Origin: Dehalococcoidia bacterium
GTDB taxonomy: Bacteria; Chloroflexota; Dehalococcoidia; UBA2979
Assembly (NCBI GenBank): GCA_964291495.2
Contig: OZ219871.1
Location: forward strand, 160,001 to 224,000
DNA: 64,000 nt
Reading direction: 5' to 3'
Each line of letters opens with the position of its first letter. Position 1 is the stretch's first letter. The position numbers and the translations under genes are program-made. Shown piece after piece: positions 18,364 through 27,525 of the stretch. The notes under the pieces are model-generated. The model had not been told where the DNA came from and searched no databases. It saw only the letters and a program-made list of their open reading frames with translations.

Positions 18364-18615
18364 TCAGACGCGCGAGTAGATCAGCTCCTTGAGTTCCTCG
18401 ATCTCCGGGAAGCGCCCGCTCTGCATCTTGCTGAAGACCAGTTCGCCGTTCACGGACCACTCGAAGCAGCCGCCGTCGCCGGTGCGCATCTCCAGCTTTC
18501 GGACATCGTCCTGGATGTCGTACATGATCTCGCCGATCATCCACTGCGCGCGGGCGAGGTAGCTGCAGGGCACGCAGTACTCGACCGTGATCTCGACTCC
18601 CTGCTCATCGCTCAT
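18364..18615 (-). CDS. Rdx (SelT/SelW/SelH-like) family protein, CxxC form
   Basis: ITVEYCVPCSY..RA, G.GG.FE..VNGELVFSK...GRFPE; TAGAAT and GGAGG upstream. Confidence 0.9.
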   Translation of the reverse strand: MSDEQGVEITVEYCVPCSYLARAQWMIGEIMYDIQDDVRKLEMRTGDGGCFEWSVNGELVFSKMQSGRFPEIEELKELIYSRV

Positions 18616-18842
18616 TGGGCCGCCTCCCTCGGTTCCCGATTCTAGCGCCGCCACCCCGCCGGATCGCACCCGCGCCAGCCGATTCCAGCGTCGGCCCGGT
18701 TTTTTGGCCGTTATGTAGCGTTGGAGTGAAGTCAAGGGTTCGCTCGCCTGCTCGCGGACTGCTAGATTCGTTGAAGACGCGCGTCACGATGCCCATACGT
18801 CGTGTTCGCGAGCCTGCCACACCCGAGCGGGAGGAGTTGCCG

Positions 18843-20009
18843 ATGAGCCTGCGCGGAGCGGCCTCAATCATCGGAATCGGCGAATTGAAGCCGGAACGGC
18901 GCAAGCCCGGACGCACCGGCCCCGGCCTGGCGCAGGAGGCGGCTCGCCTCTGCATCGAGGACTCCGGCCTGCTCAAGGAGCAGGTGGACGGGCTGATCAC
19001 GGAGATCCCGTTCCTCAATACCTGTGAGTTCGCCGAGACACTCGGCATCCAGCCGACCTGGGCGCACGGAGTGAACATGATGGGCTCGTCCGGCCCCACG
19101 TCGGTCGCCATCGCGGCGATGGCGGTCAGAGCCGGGCTCGCCAACAACATCCTCTGCCTGGTCACCTCCGGCGAGGTCGGGGGCTTCGGAGGCGGCGGTG
19201 GCGGCGCCATCGGCGGCCAGTTCCCGCAGTTCGCCGGCCCGTTCGGGCCGGGCCCCGGCGCGAACTTCTGGTACGCGCTGGTCGCCAACCGCTACAAGCA
19301 CGAGTTCGGACTCACCGACGAGGAGCGCGTCGCGATCGCGGTGCAGCAGCGCGAGAACGCGCAGGCCAACCCGGATGCGGCTTTCTACGGCACCCCGGCG
19401 ACCACCGACGACGTGCTGAACTCGCGCATGGTCGCGAACCCGCTGACCCTGCTTGAGTGCGTGATGCCCACGCTCGGCGCGGCGGCCCTGATGGTGAGCC
19501 GCCCCGAGGCCGTCGAGTCCTCCCCGCACGACCCGGTCTACATCCTCGGCGTCGGTCACTCGATGGACCGCGGTGTGCCGGGCATCACCTACGTGGACCG
19601 CATGACGAAGTCCCCGGTCGAGGTCTCCGCCCGCGCGGCCTACAAGATGGCCGGCGTCGGTCCGCAGGACATGGACATGGCCTCGCTCTACGACTGCTAC
19701 ACGATCACGGTGATCATCGAGTTCGAGGACGCCGGCTTCGCCCCGAAGGGCGAGGGCGGCACCTACTTCGCGAACGAGGACGTCACCTACAAGAGCAAGG
19801 GCATTGCCGTGAACACGCACGGCGGCCAGCTCTCCTTCGGCCAGCCCGGCACCGCCGGCGGCATGTCGCACGCCACCGAGGCGGTGCGCCAGCTGATGGG
19901 CCGCGGCGAGGCGCGCCAGAAGGAGCAGATGGACTACTGCTTCGTCAACGGCTGAGGCGGCGGACTGAGCGTGATGTGCTCACTGGTCCTCGGGAAGGAC
20001 CAAGGCTAG
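18843..20009 (+). CDS. SCP-x/Ltp2-type thiolase-family protein with in-frame UGA at 19953-19955 (candidate selenoprotein)
   Basis: A.IIGIGE, SRMVANPL.LLEC, LYDCYT, NTHGGQLSFGQPG, EAVRQLMG...RQ; after NG-UGA the frame continues GGGLSVMCSLVLGKDQG-TAG, matching the family's terminal beta strand. Family call is high confidence; the Sec call is moderate. Confidence 0.8.
19962..19989 (+). promoter_or_regulatory. SECIS-like hairpin downstream of the thiolase UGA
   Basis: UGA-ggcggc-GGAC-UGAGCG-ugaug-UGCUCA-cug-GUCC; apical loop starts 17 nt after UGA with G second. Confidence 0.6.
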
Positions 20010-20085
20010 CCACCTCGAACCGAAGCACCGGAGCCCGCTGCCTCGCGGCAGTGGGCGACGGGAGCAGCAGAGGGGGATGGGAACG

Positions 20086-20508
20086 ATGGCCGACGAAGGC
20101 CCAAAGCGGCCCGTACCGCAGGCGAACGCACTGACCGAGCCCTTCTGGGAGGCGACGAGGGAGGAGCGGCTCACGGTCCAGCGCTGCAACGCCTGCAGCC
20201 GGCTGTTCTGGTACCCGCGCGAGTTCTGCCCGCTCCCGCACTGCTTCTCCAACGACTACGAGTGGGTGGAGGTGAGCGGCAAGGGACGGCTGCACACCTT
20301 CACGATCATCGCCCAGGCCCAGGACGCCTGGTTCCAGGAGCGCGTGCCCTACATCTTCGGCGTGATCCAGCTCGACGAGGGCCTGCGCATGATGGGCAAC
20401 GTCGACATCCCGGTCGAAGAGGCCGTCTGCGACCTGCCCGTCGAGGTCTACTTCGAGAAGATCGACGACGAGTGGACGCTGCCGCAGTGGAGGCCGATCG
20501 CCTCGTAG
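20086..20508 (+). CDS. Zn-ribbon/OB-fold (DUF35, ChsH2-like) acyl-CoA-binding partner of thiolase
   Basis: PFWEA....L..QRCNAC....YPR..CPLPHC, W...SGKG.L.TFT, PY....IQLDEG.RM. Confidence 0.92.
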   Translation: MADEGPKRPVPQANALTEPFWEATREERLTVQRCNACSRLFWYPREFCPLPHCFSNDYEWVEVSGKGRLHTFTIIAQAQDAWFQERVPYIFGVIQLDEGLRMMGNVDIPVEEAVCDLPVEVYFEKIDDEWTLPQWRPIAS

Positions 20509-20532
20509 CCCCGGCGACAGCGCGGCACAGCC

Positions 20533-20559
20533 AGCGGGCGCGCTTCGGGCGCGCCCGCT
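20533..20559 (+). terminator. GC-rich hairpin after the thiolase-DUF35 pair
   Basis: AGCGGGCGCGC-TTCGG-GCGCGCCCGCT, 11-bp perfect stem, weak U-tract. Confidence 0.55.
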
Positions 20560-20644
20560 TCGCGTCCGGCGCCCGCCGCGCCAGCGAGCGCCGTGCGCGG
20601 TACCCTGACCAACGCGCAAGAGCGACTGCGGACGGAGCGGCAGC

Positions 20645-21688
20645 GTGGCGATCACCCTCGGCGTCCTCGACCAGTCGCCTATCCGCCAGGGCGGCACCCC
20701 CGCCGAGGCGATCGAGGAGACGCTGCAGCTCGCCCAGGCGACCGAGCGGCTCGGCTACACGCGCTACTGGCTGGCGGAGCACCACAACAGCAGCGGACTC
20801 GCCTGCGCCGCCCCGGAGATCCTGATCCCGCGCGTCGCCTCGGTGACCTCGCGCATCCGCGTCGGCTCCGGCGGCGTGATGCTGCCGCACTACTCGTCAC
20901 TCAAGGTGGCCGAGCAGTTTCGCATGCTCGAGACGATGTTCCCGGGCCGCATCGACCTCGGGCTGGGCCGCGCGCCGGGGACGGACGGCCGCACCTCGGC
21001 GGCGCTCGCGCAGGGGCCGGGCATGCGCAACGTCGAGCACTACCCGCGCCAGGTCGCCGACCTGATGCGGCTGCTCCGCGACGAGCTGCCCGAGGGCCAC
21101 CCGCTGACCGGCATCCACGCCCAGCCGCGAGGCGAGAGCGTGCCGACCCCGTGGCTGCTGGGCTCCTCGCTGGACAGCGCCAGCACGGCGGCGGAGCAGG
21201 GGCTGCCCTTCTCCTTCGCGCACTTCATCCACGCCGAGTGGGCCGGCGAGGCGATCACGCTCTACCGGCGCCTCTTCCGCCCCTCGCAGTGGCTCGACGA
21301 GCCGCTCGTCAATGCCGGCGTCTCCGCGCTCTGCGCCGAGACGGACGAGGAGGCCGAGCGGCTGGCGATGAGCCGCTGGCTGTGGCGCCTCCGCAACCGC
21401 CAGGGCCTGCGCATCGGCGTGCCACCCCCCGACGACCCCGAGGCCGAGCGCCTCTCCCAGCCGGAACGCGACTTCATCGAGTACCAGAAGCAGACCAGCC
21501 TCGTCGGCGGACCGCAGCGCCTGCGCGATCGCCTCGAGGCGCTCGCCCTGGAGCTCGAGGTCGACGAGTTCGTGGTCGTGACGATCACCTACAGCTACAA
21601 GGACCGGCTGCGCTCCTACGAGCTGCTGGCCGAGGAGTTCGGACTGAGCGGAACGAACGGCGCGGGAAAGGACGATGGCGATGCGTGA
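20645..21688 (+). CDS. LLM-class flavin-dependent oxidoreductase (YhbW-like group)
   Basis: LGVLDQSP, YWLAEHHN, IRVGSGGVMLPHYS.LKVAEQF, PGRIDLGLGRAPG. Confidence 0.93.
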   Translation: MAITLGVLDQSPIRQGGTPAEAIEETLQLAQATERLGYTRYWLAEHHNSSGLACAAPEILIPRVASVTSRIRVGSGGVMLPHYSSLKVAEQFRMLETMFPGRIDLGLGRAPGTDGRTSAALAQGPGMRNVEHYPRQVADLMRLLRDELPEGHPLTGIHAQPRGESVPTPWLLGSSLDSASTAAEQGLPFSFAHFIHAEWAGEAITLYRRLFRPSQWLDEPLVNAGVSALCAETDEEAERLAMSRWLWRLRNRQGLRIGVPPPDDPEAERLSQPERDFIEYQKQTSLVGGPQRLRDRLEALALELEVDEFVVVTITYSYKDRLRSYELLAEEFGLSGTNGAGKDDGDA

Positions 21689-22550
21689 CCTCGGAGGCCG
21701 CGTGGCGGTGGTGACGGGTGGCGGCAGCGGGATCGGGCGCGGCATCTGCCTCGCCGCGGCGGAGCAGGGCATGCACGTCGTCGTTACGGACATCGAGGGC
21801 GACGCCGCCGAGGAGACGGCGGCGCTCGTGCGGGACCACGGCGTGCAGAGCCTCGGCGTCGCCGCCGACGTCTCCAACCCCGCCTCGGTCGAGGCGCTGG
21901 CCGACGCGGCCTACGGCGAGTTCGGGGCCGTCGACGTGCTGTTCAACAACGCCGGCGTGCTCGTCTTCGGGCCGACCGCGGAGATGCCGGCGAGCGACCT
22001 CGACTGGATGCTCGCCGTGAACCTCTACGGCGTGCTCAACGGCATCCAGGTGTTCGTGCCGCGCATGCGGGAGCAGGAGCCGGACGAGGACGGCACGCGC
22101 GCCCAGATCGTCAACACCTCCTCGATGTCCGGGCTCGTGGCGGGGCGCGGCGGCGGCAACCTCGGCGGCTACGTCGCCTCCAAGTTCGCCGTCGTCGGCA
22201 TGACCGAATCGCTGCGGCTGGAGCTGGCGCCCGAGGGAATCGACGTGACGCTGTTCTGCCCCGGCGCGACGCACACGCGCATCGGCGAGGCGCAGCGCAA
22301 CCGCCAGGAGGCGTATGGCCCGGCTCGCGAGATTCCCGAGCCGATCATCGCGCAGCGCGCGGCCCCGCGCGATCCGAGCCGATCGCCGGACGCGCGGCGC
22401 GACCCGCTGGTCGTCGGCCGCGCGGTCCTCGAGGGCGTGCGCGAGCGTCGTGCCTACATCCTGACCCACACGGAGACGCGACCCGTCGTCGCGAGGCGCT
22501 TCGAGCACATCGCCGAGGGCTACGACCAGGCCGAGCGCTCCGCCGGGTAG
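21681..22550 (+). CDS. SDR family oxidoreductase
   Basis: TGGGSGIG, NNAG, YVASK. Confidence 0.93.
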   Translation: MRDLGGRVAVVTGGGSGIGRGICLAAAEQGMHVVVTDIEGDAAEETAALVRDHGVQSLGVAADVSNPASVEALADAAYGEFGAVDVLFNNAGVLVFGPTAEMPASDLDWMLAVNLYGVLNGIQVFVPRMREQEPDEDGTRAQIVNTSSMSGLVAGRGGGNLGGYVASKFAVVGMTESLRLELAPEGIDVTLFCPGATHTRIGEAQRNRQEAYGPAREIPEPIIAQRAAPRDPSRSPDARRDPLVVGRAVLEGVRERRAYILTHTETRPVVARRFEHIAEGYDQAERSAG

Positions 22551-22575
22551 CCCCGCGCCGCCCTCGCGGAGCGGG

Positions 22576-23511
22576 CTAGAGCACCGCGATCGGGTTGACC
22601 GGCGAGCCGGTGCCGCGCGGCACGACAAGCGGTGCGACCACCAGCATGAACTCCCAGCGCCCCGCCTCCGCGCAGGCCTCGGCGATGTCCTCGAGCTGCG
22701 CGTTGTCCAGCAGCGGCATGCCGAGGTAGGGGATCGTGAGGCGGTGCAGCGGCGCGCCCATCAGCACCGAGCCGTCCTCGTTATGCATCGGCGCGTCCAT
22801 CAGGTCCCAGACCAGCAGCGAGGCGTCCGTGGCGTGGAAGAACTCGAGGCACGAGGCGTGCACACCCGGGCGCGAGGGGTCGTCGTAGCCCGTCGGGAAG
22901 CCGGGGTGGGCAGCGTAGAACGGGCCCGCGCCGGAGCGGATGACGACGGCGTCCCCTGCTCGCGGCTCGATGCCCGCAGCCGCGGCGGCGTCGGCCAGCT
23001 CCCAGCCCTGCACCGGCTCCTTGCGCGTCACGAAGTCGACGCCGCGCAGGCGAGGGATGTCGTAGAGCACCCCGCGCGTCACGATGCCCTCGCGCCAGTG
23101 GTCGACGGAGAGCGTGGTCGCGCCCTCGGGGGTGATGTGCTCGGCGGACGAGTGGCCGCCGAACAGCTCGCCGCCGGCGCGCGTGTAGACGTGGCAGAGC
23201 GCGTCGAGGTGGGTGTTCGCGCGCCCGTGGTAGGCGATGCCGATGAAGTCCGAGCAGTGGTCGGCGTCGAGCCGCATCTCGTGCTGGACCGGCTCGGGAT
23301 TCTCCGGCCCGGCCTCCATCGCCAGCGGATAGGAGAGCGAGACCGAGCGCCCCTCACGCACGGTGGCGGCGGCCGCCGCGCGCGCCTCGGGGGTGATCAG
23401 GTTGAGCGCGCCGAACTGGTCGTCCTCGCCCCAGCGGCCCCAGTTGCTGAAGCGCTCGCGGTAGGCGCGAAACTCGTCGGCTGTCGGCGGCGTCCGGTCT
23501 GCGAGGGACAT
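22576..23511 (-). CDS. cyclase family (kynurenine formamidase-like) protein
   Basis: NWGRWG.DDQ.G.LN.IT, HG..NTHLDALCH, GIVTRGVLYDIP, GTGSPVNPIA. Confidence 0.9.
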   Translation of the reverse strand: MSLADRTPPTADEFRAYRERFSNWGRWGEDDQFGALNLITPEARAAAAATVREGRSVSLSYPLAMEAGPENPEPVQHEMRLDADHCSDFIGIAYHGRANTHLDALCHVYTRAGGELFGGHSSAEHITPEGATTLSVDHWREGIVTRGVLYDIPRLRGVDFVTRKEPVQGWELADAAAAAGIEPRAGDAVVIRSGAGPFYAAHPGFPTGYDDPSRPGVHASCLEFFHATDASLLVWDLMDAPMHNEDGSVLMGAPLHRLTIPYLGMPLLDNAQLEDIAEACAEAGRWEFMLVVAPLVVPRGTGSPVNPIAVL

Positions 23512-23555
23512 CGAGGGCTCCTCTCCGCTCGGCGCGGGCTGGTCGCGCGGGGAGC

Positions 23556-24437
23556 TTAGCCGACCTCGAGCGGCAGCGACGGATCGGCGGCGTATTCGGA
23601 CATCGAGGCGTCGTAGACCGCGACGTTCTCGTAGCCGAGCAGCGCGAGCACGAAGGCGTCGTTGGAGGCGGCGATGCCGCCGCCGCAGTACGTGACCACG
23701 CGCTGCGTCCGGTCCGCACCCGCCTGCTCGAAGAGCGACGCCAGCTCCTCGGCCGGCCGGTAGCGGCCGGTCTCGGGATCGAGCAGCTGCCCCGCCGGCA
23801 CGTTGGTCGCGCCGGGGATGTGCCCGGGACGCCCGTAGACCCCTCCGCCGTCGGCGCCGGAGTGCTGGTCCGGCCCCAGCGCGTTGATCAGGCAGCTCCC
23901 GCCCGCGCCGCCCGCATCGAGGAACGCCCGGACCTCGGCGAGGTCGGCGAAGCGCGCCGGATCGGTGGTCGGCGTGAACGTCGAGGGCTCGTACGTCGCC
24001 GGCTCCGTGGAGACGGCGCGGCCCTCGGCGGTCCAGCGGCGCCAGCCGCCGTCCAGCACCGCCGCGCCCTCGCAGCCCATCGAGCGGAACATCCACCACA
24101 GCCGCGCCGCCCACGCCGACCCCGCGCGGTCGTAGAGGACCAGCCTCGACGACTCCGAGATGCCGTGCCGCCCGGCCGCCTCGGCGAACGCCTCGGCCGA
24201 GGGCATCATGAAGCGCAGCTGCTGATCGTTGTCGGAGAAGTCCGCTTGCAGGTCGAGGAAGCCCGCGCCGGGTATGTGCCCCGACTCGTACTCGCCCCGG
24301 CCAGACTCGACGTGGTACCCACCGCCCTCGCGGAGCCGCAGGAAGACGGTCGCCTCGAAGACGCGCACATCGTCATCGTCGCGGTGCTCCGCCAACCAAT
24401 CGGTCGTCACGAGGAACTCCGGATGCGCGAACGCCAT
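23556..24437 (-). CDS. tandem-rhodanese sulfurtransferase (SseA-like)
   Basis: LV..DWL, GHIPGA twice, AARLWW, LDGG, active site YCGGGIAA, VYDASMSEY. Confidence 0.93.
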   Translation of the reverse strand: MAFAHPEFLVTTDWLAEHRDDDDVRVFEATVFLRLREGGGYHVESGRGEYESGHIPGAGFLDLQADFSDNDQQLRFMMPSAEAFAEAAGRHGISESSRLVLYDRAGSAWAARLWWMFRSMGCEGAAVLDGGWRRWTAEGRAVSTEPATYEPSTFTPTTDPARFADLAEVRAFLDAGGAGGSCLINALGPDQHSGADGGGVYGRPGHIPGATNVPAGQLLDPETGRYRPAEELASLFEQAGADRTQRVVTYCGGGIAASNDAFVLALLGYENVAVYDASMSEYAADPSLPLEVG

Positions 24438-24469
24438 GACCAACCCCCAAACACGGCCCCGACGGGCCG

Positions 24470-24898
24470 CTACCCGTCGCCCGTCTCTCCTGCCTCCTCG
24501 GCCTCGCCGGCGATTTCGGCGAGCCGCTGGCCGATAGCGACGCTCGCGGTGTCGACAGCGGTGAGCTGGATCCAGCGCTCGAACGCCTCGCGCACGCGCG
24601 TGTAGGCCGCCTCGACACGCTCGCCGAGCTCCGTGTCGGCCCCGCTCTCGACCGCCCCGCGCGCCATCGCGAGGTCGTTGAGCAGCGTCTCAAGGCGTGG
24701 CTCGAGCGACTCCTGGAGATCGTGCAGCTCCTCGTCGCCCTCGGCGTGGCCGCGGTCGCGCATGATCGCGAGCGCGCCCATCACCCAGGCGATCGCGCCG
24801 AGCAGCGTGCCCACGCCCTCCGCGTGCAGCTGCAGCGCGTACTGCCGCTCGGGCGGCGGTTCCGAGGGCAGGCCGGGCGGCGGAGGCTGCTGGGTCAT
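24470..24898 (-). CDS. hypothetical helical protein
   Basis: ATGA-coupled to the ROK gene; typical high-GC codon usage. Confidence 0.65.
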   Translation of the reverse strand: MTQQPPPPGLPSEPPPERQYALQLHAEGVGTLLGAIAWVMGALAIMRDRGHAEGDEELHDLQESLEPRLETLLNDLAMARGAVESGADTELGERVEAAYTRVREAFERWIQLTAVDTASVAIGQRLAEIAGEAEEAGETGDG

Positions 24899-25710
24899 GG
24901 CTTGCGTTCTCCCTCGTAGGCCAGCGTCGTCGCCATGCGCAGCGCGCCGGCCAGCGCCGCGCCCTCGCCAAGCCCCGAGGCGACGACGCGCGGGCCGGGC
25001 GCCACCTCGTCGAGGACGCGCTGCAGCAGCGGAATCAGGCGGCTGCGATGGTGCTCCTCGCCCTCGATCAGCACCGCGTCGGGGTCGAGCAGCGCGCTCG
25101 CGTCGGCGAGCAGGCCGGATGCGGTCTCGAGCTCCTCGTCGCTGATCGGCTGTCCCGGCGTGAGCTCGGGCATCGCCGGCAGCTGGCCGGCAGCGAAGCG
25201 CGTGCCGCGCACGGGCCGCCCGCCGGCGACCGCCGCGGCGGCGGGCACGCCGCGCAGCGAGACGTAGAGCACGTCGTCGAGGGCCTGCGCGGCGCCGTGC
25301 CAGCGCTCGCCCTGCAGCGCGGCCAGCGTGCGGCCCTCGCACGCGATCGGCGCGTCGAAGTGCCGCCGCAGCGCCTCGACGATCGAGAGGCCTACCCACC
25401 CCGGCTGCCCCGCCGAGTCCACGAGGCGCCCGCTCAGGGGGTCGACGACGCCTGGCGCGGCGACGGCGATCGCGAGCGCGGAGCGGCGCTCGCCATTGGC
25501 GGCGAACAGGGTCGCGATGCGCCCGCCCACCTCCCACGACCAGGCCTGCTCGTCGGCGAGCGGCGGCAGCGGCCAATCGCCGCGCTCGACGGGTGTGCCC
25601 TGCAGGTCGCTGAACAGCACGCGCAGTTCGTTGGCGGTGAAGTCCACTGCCACCAGCACCGGATCGCCCTCGGGAGCGGGCGCGCCGTCGTCTGTCGTTT
25701 CGTCAGCCAT
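24895..25710 (-). CDS. ROK family protein (degenerate motifs)
   Basis: LVAVD......R....DL.G, IAVAAPG.VD...G, PGW, AL.GE.W.GAA, LLDPD.V.I.G, S.LGE.AALAGA. Confidence 0.8.
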   Translation of the reverse strand: MADETTDDGAPAPEGDPVLVAVDFTANELRVLFSDLQGTPVERGDWPLPPLADEQAWSWEVGGRIATLFAANGERRSALAIAVAAPGVVDPLSGRLVDSAGQPGWVGLSIVEALRRHFDAPIACEGRTLAALQGERWHGAAQALDDVLYVSLRGVPAAAAVAGGRPVRGTRFAAGQLPAMPELTPGQPISDEELETASGLLADASALLDPDAVLIEGEEHHRSRLIPLLQRVLDEVAPGPRVVASGLGEGAALAGALRMATTLAYEGERKP

Positions 25711-25827
25711 CCCGGCGACTCTACGACGCAGCGAGGCGCTGCGACAGCCCGCGGCGCCCCGTAGCCGGGGCCGCGCGTAGACTCGCAGCGCAGCGGGAGA
25801 AACGTCCCGCACCGGGGAGGATGCCGC

Positions 25828-26667
25828 GTGCTGCTCCAGCTCGGCGAGCACCGCATCGACACGAGCGAGCGCGCCGCGATCATGGCGATCCTCAACGTCT
25901 CCCGCGACTCGCCAATCGCCGCCTCCGTCGTCGACCCCTCGAAGGCGCTCGCACGGGCGCTGGAGCTGCGCGAGCAGGGCGCCGCGATCATCGACGTCGG
26001 CGCGCACTCGACCTCATCCAGAGCCGCGGAGATCGCGGCGCAGGAGGAGATCGAGCGCCTCGCGCCGGTGATCGAGGCACTGAGCGGCGAGGGCGTCCCC
26101 GTCTCGGTCGACACCTGGACGCCCTCGGTCGCCCGCGCCGCCGCCGAGGCAGGCGCGCACCTGCTCAACGACGTCACGGGCTTCCGCGACCCGGAGATGG
26201 TCGCCGTGGCCGCCGAGCACGGCCTGCCGGGCGTCGTCATGCACATGCGCGGCCGTCCGCACGGCCACTACGAGGTGGACCAGACCTACGACGACATCGC
26301 CGGCGAGGTGCGCGGCTTCCTGCTGGAGCGCGCGAGCGCCCTCGAGGCCGCCGGCGCGCCGCGCCCGTGGCTCGACCCCGGCTTCGAGTTCGCGAAGTCG
26401 CTCGACGACAACTTGCGGCTGCTCGGCGACCTGCCGGCGCTCGCCGCGGAGGGCTACCCGCTGCTCGTCTCCGCCTCGCGCAAGGGGTTCCTCGCGGAGG
26501 CGCTGGGGCACACCAAGCGTCAGGACGCGCCCGGCCTGCTGGAGGCCACGCTCGCCTTCCACACGCTGGCCGCCGCCCTCGGCGCCCACGTCATCCGCGC
26601 CCACGACGTCGAGGCACACGCCCACGCCCTGCGGCTCGTGGGTGCCGCGCGGCCGTTTCTTGGGTGA
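25828..26667 (+). CDS. folP: dihydropteroate synthase
   Basis: IMAILNVS.DS, GA.IIDVGA.ST, SVDT, LNDVTG, VVMHM.G.P, LDPGF.FAK, SRKGF, IRAHDV. Confidence 0.92.
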   Translation: MLLQLGEHRIDTSERAAIMAILNVSRDSPIAASVVDPSKALARALELREQGAAIIDVGAHSTSSRAAEIAAQEEIERLAPVIEALSGEGVPVSVDTWTPSVARAAAEAGAHLLNDVTGFRDPEMVAVAAEHGLPGVVMHMRGRPHGHYEVDQTYDDIAGEVRGFLLERASALEAAGAPRPWLDPGFEFAKSLDDNLRLLGDLPALAAEGYPLLVSASRKGFLAEALGHTKRQDAPGLLEATLAFHTLAAALGAHVIRAHDVEAHAHALRLVGAARPFLG

Positions 26668-26687
26668 GGCGGGGCGGTAGGGCTGCG
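26663..26687 (+). repeat. 25-bp direct repeat, left copy (folP stop region)
   Basis: GGTGAGGCGGGGCGGTAGGGCTGCG, identical to 27526-27550. Confidence 0.9.
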
Positions 26688-26790
26688 GTTGCGGAAGGTC
26701 GCGTGATTCGATCCCCGGGAGGCCGCCTCCTCCAGATCGAGTCTCGGCTATGCTCGGAACCAACTCTGGCTGAGCGCTCTAGGGGGCCAC

Positions 26791-27492
26791 ATGGCACTAG
26801 GCAGCTTCTCCTCAGGTGAAGTCATTACCTACTTGGAAATGTGCACGGAGGAGAACACAAGCCTTCAGCGTGGGATGAACTTCCGGCTGCATCCCCAATA
26901 CAGCGTCGTCCTAATGAGCCAGCGGCCCGGGGCTCCGTACGCTGACCGGGTGGAAGACGGCGGAGCCACGCTGATTTACGAAGGACACGACGCCCCTCAA
27001 TCACGGGACGGTGCGGACCCGAAACGCATTGATCAGCCCTTAGGCACTGCCTCCGGGAGACCGACTCAGAACGCGCACTTCAGGAGCGCCGCTCGTGCAT
27101 TTCAGGACGGGCGCGGCGAACCTGAGCTGGTGAAGGTGTACGAGAAGGTGCGCCAAGGCATCTGGGTCTTCAACGGCTTCTTCCGTCTGACTGACTCTTG
27201 GGAAGAGGACAGTGGCGGGCGCTCGGTCTTCAAATTCCGTTTGGAGCTTACGCGGGACTCTGCGTCACCCGGCCCTCAGTTAGAGCAGAACCGCACGCGG
27301 ATCATTCCGTCGGCGGTCAAGCAAGAAGTGTGGAAGCGCGATGCGGGGCAATGTGTCGAGTGTGGAGCGACCGACGAACTCCACTTCGACCACGTCATCC
27401 CGTATTCCGCCGGAGGATCCTCCACAACGACAGAGAACGTGCAACTGCTGTGTGCGCGACACAACCTAGCGAAGCGCGACCGGATTCAGTAA
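26791..27492 (+). CDS. HNH endonuclease with SRA/YDG-like N-terminal domain (candidate restriction/defence nuclease)
   Basis: C-terminal R.IP..VK.EVW.RD.G.CVEC....LHFDHVIP.S.GG.....NVQLLC..HN..K; N-terminal Y.D......LIYEGHD...FNG.F.L.D.W.E.S..R.VFKFRL; visibly more A/T-ending codons. Confidence 0.85.
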   Translation: MALGSFSSGEVITYLEMCTEENTSLQRGMNFRLHPQYSVVLMSQRPGAPYADRVEDGGATLIYEGHDAPQSRDGADPKRIDQPLGTASGRPTQNAHFRSAARAFQDGRGEPELVKVYEKVRQGIWVFNGFFRLTDSWEEDSGGRSVFKFRLELTRDSASPGPQLEQNRTRIIPSAVKQEVWKRDAGQCVECGATDELHFDHVIPYSAGGSSTTTENVQLLCARHNLAKRDRIQ

Positions 27493-27525
27493 CTCAGTCT
27501 GCGAGTAGCCGTGCGGCCGCATCTC

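Noticed and set aside
18364-18615. Rdx/SelW-like gene as a third selenoprotein
   Set aside because: The motif is CVPC with TGC codons and no in-frame UGA; a weak CTCGCC/GGCGAG pairing downstream is not enough to call a relic SECIS
18660-18740. Possible structured ncRNA or riboswitch in the Rdx/thiolase divergent region (TCCAGCG...CGTTGGA, CGGCC...GGCCG)
   Set aside because: Pairing is imperfect and matches no riboswitch consensus I recognise; more simply promoter or operator DNA. An Rfam/Infernal search would settle it
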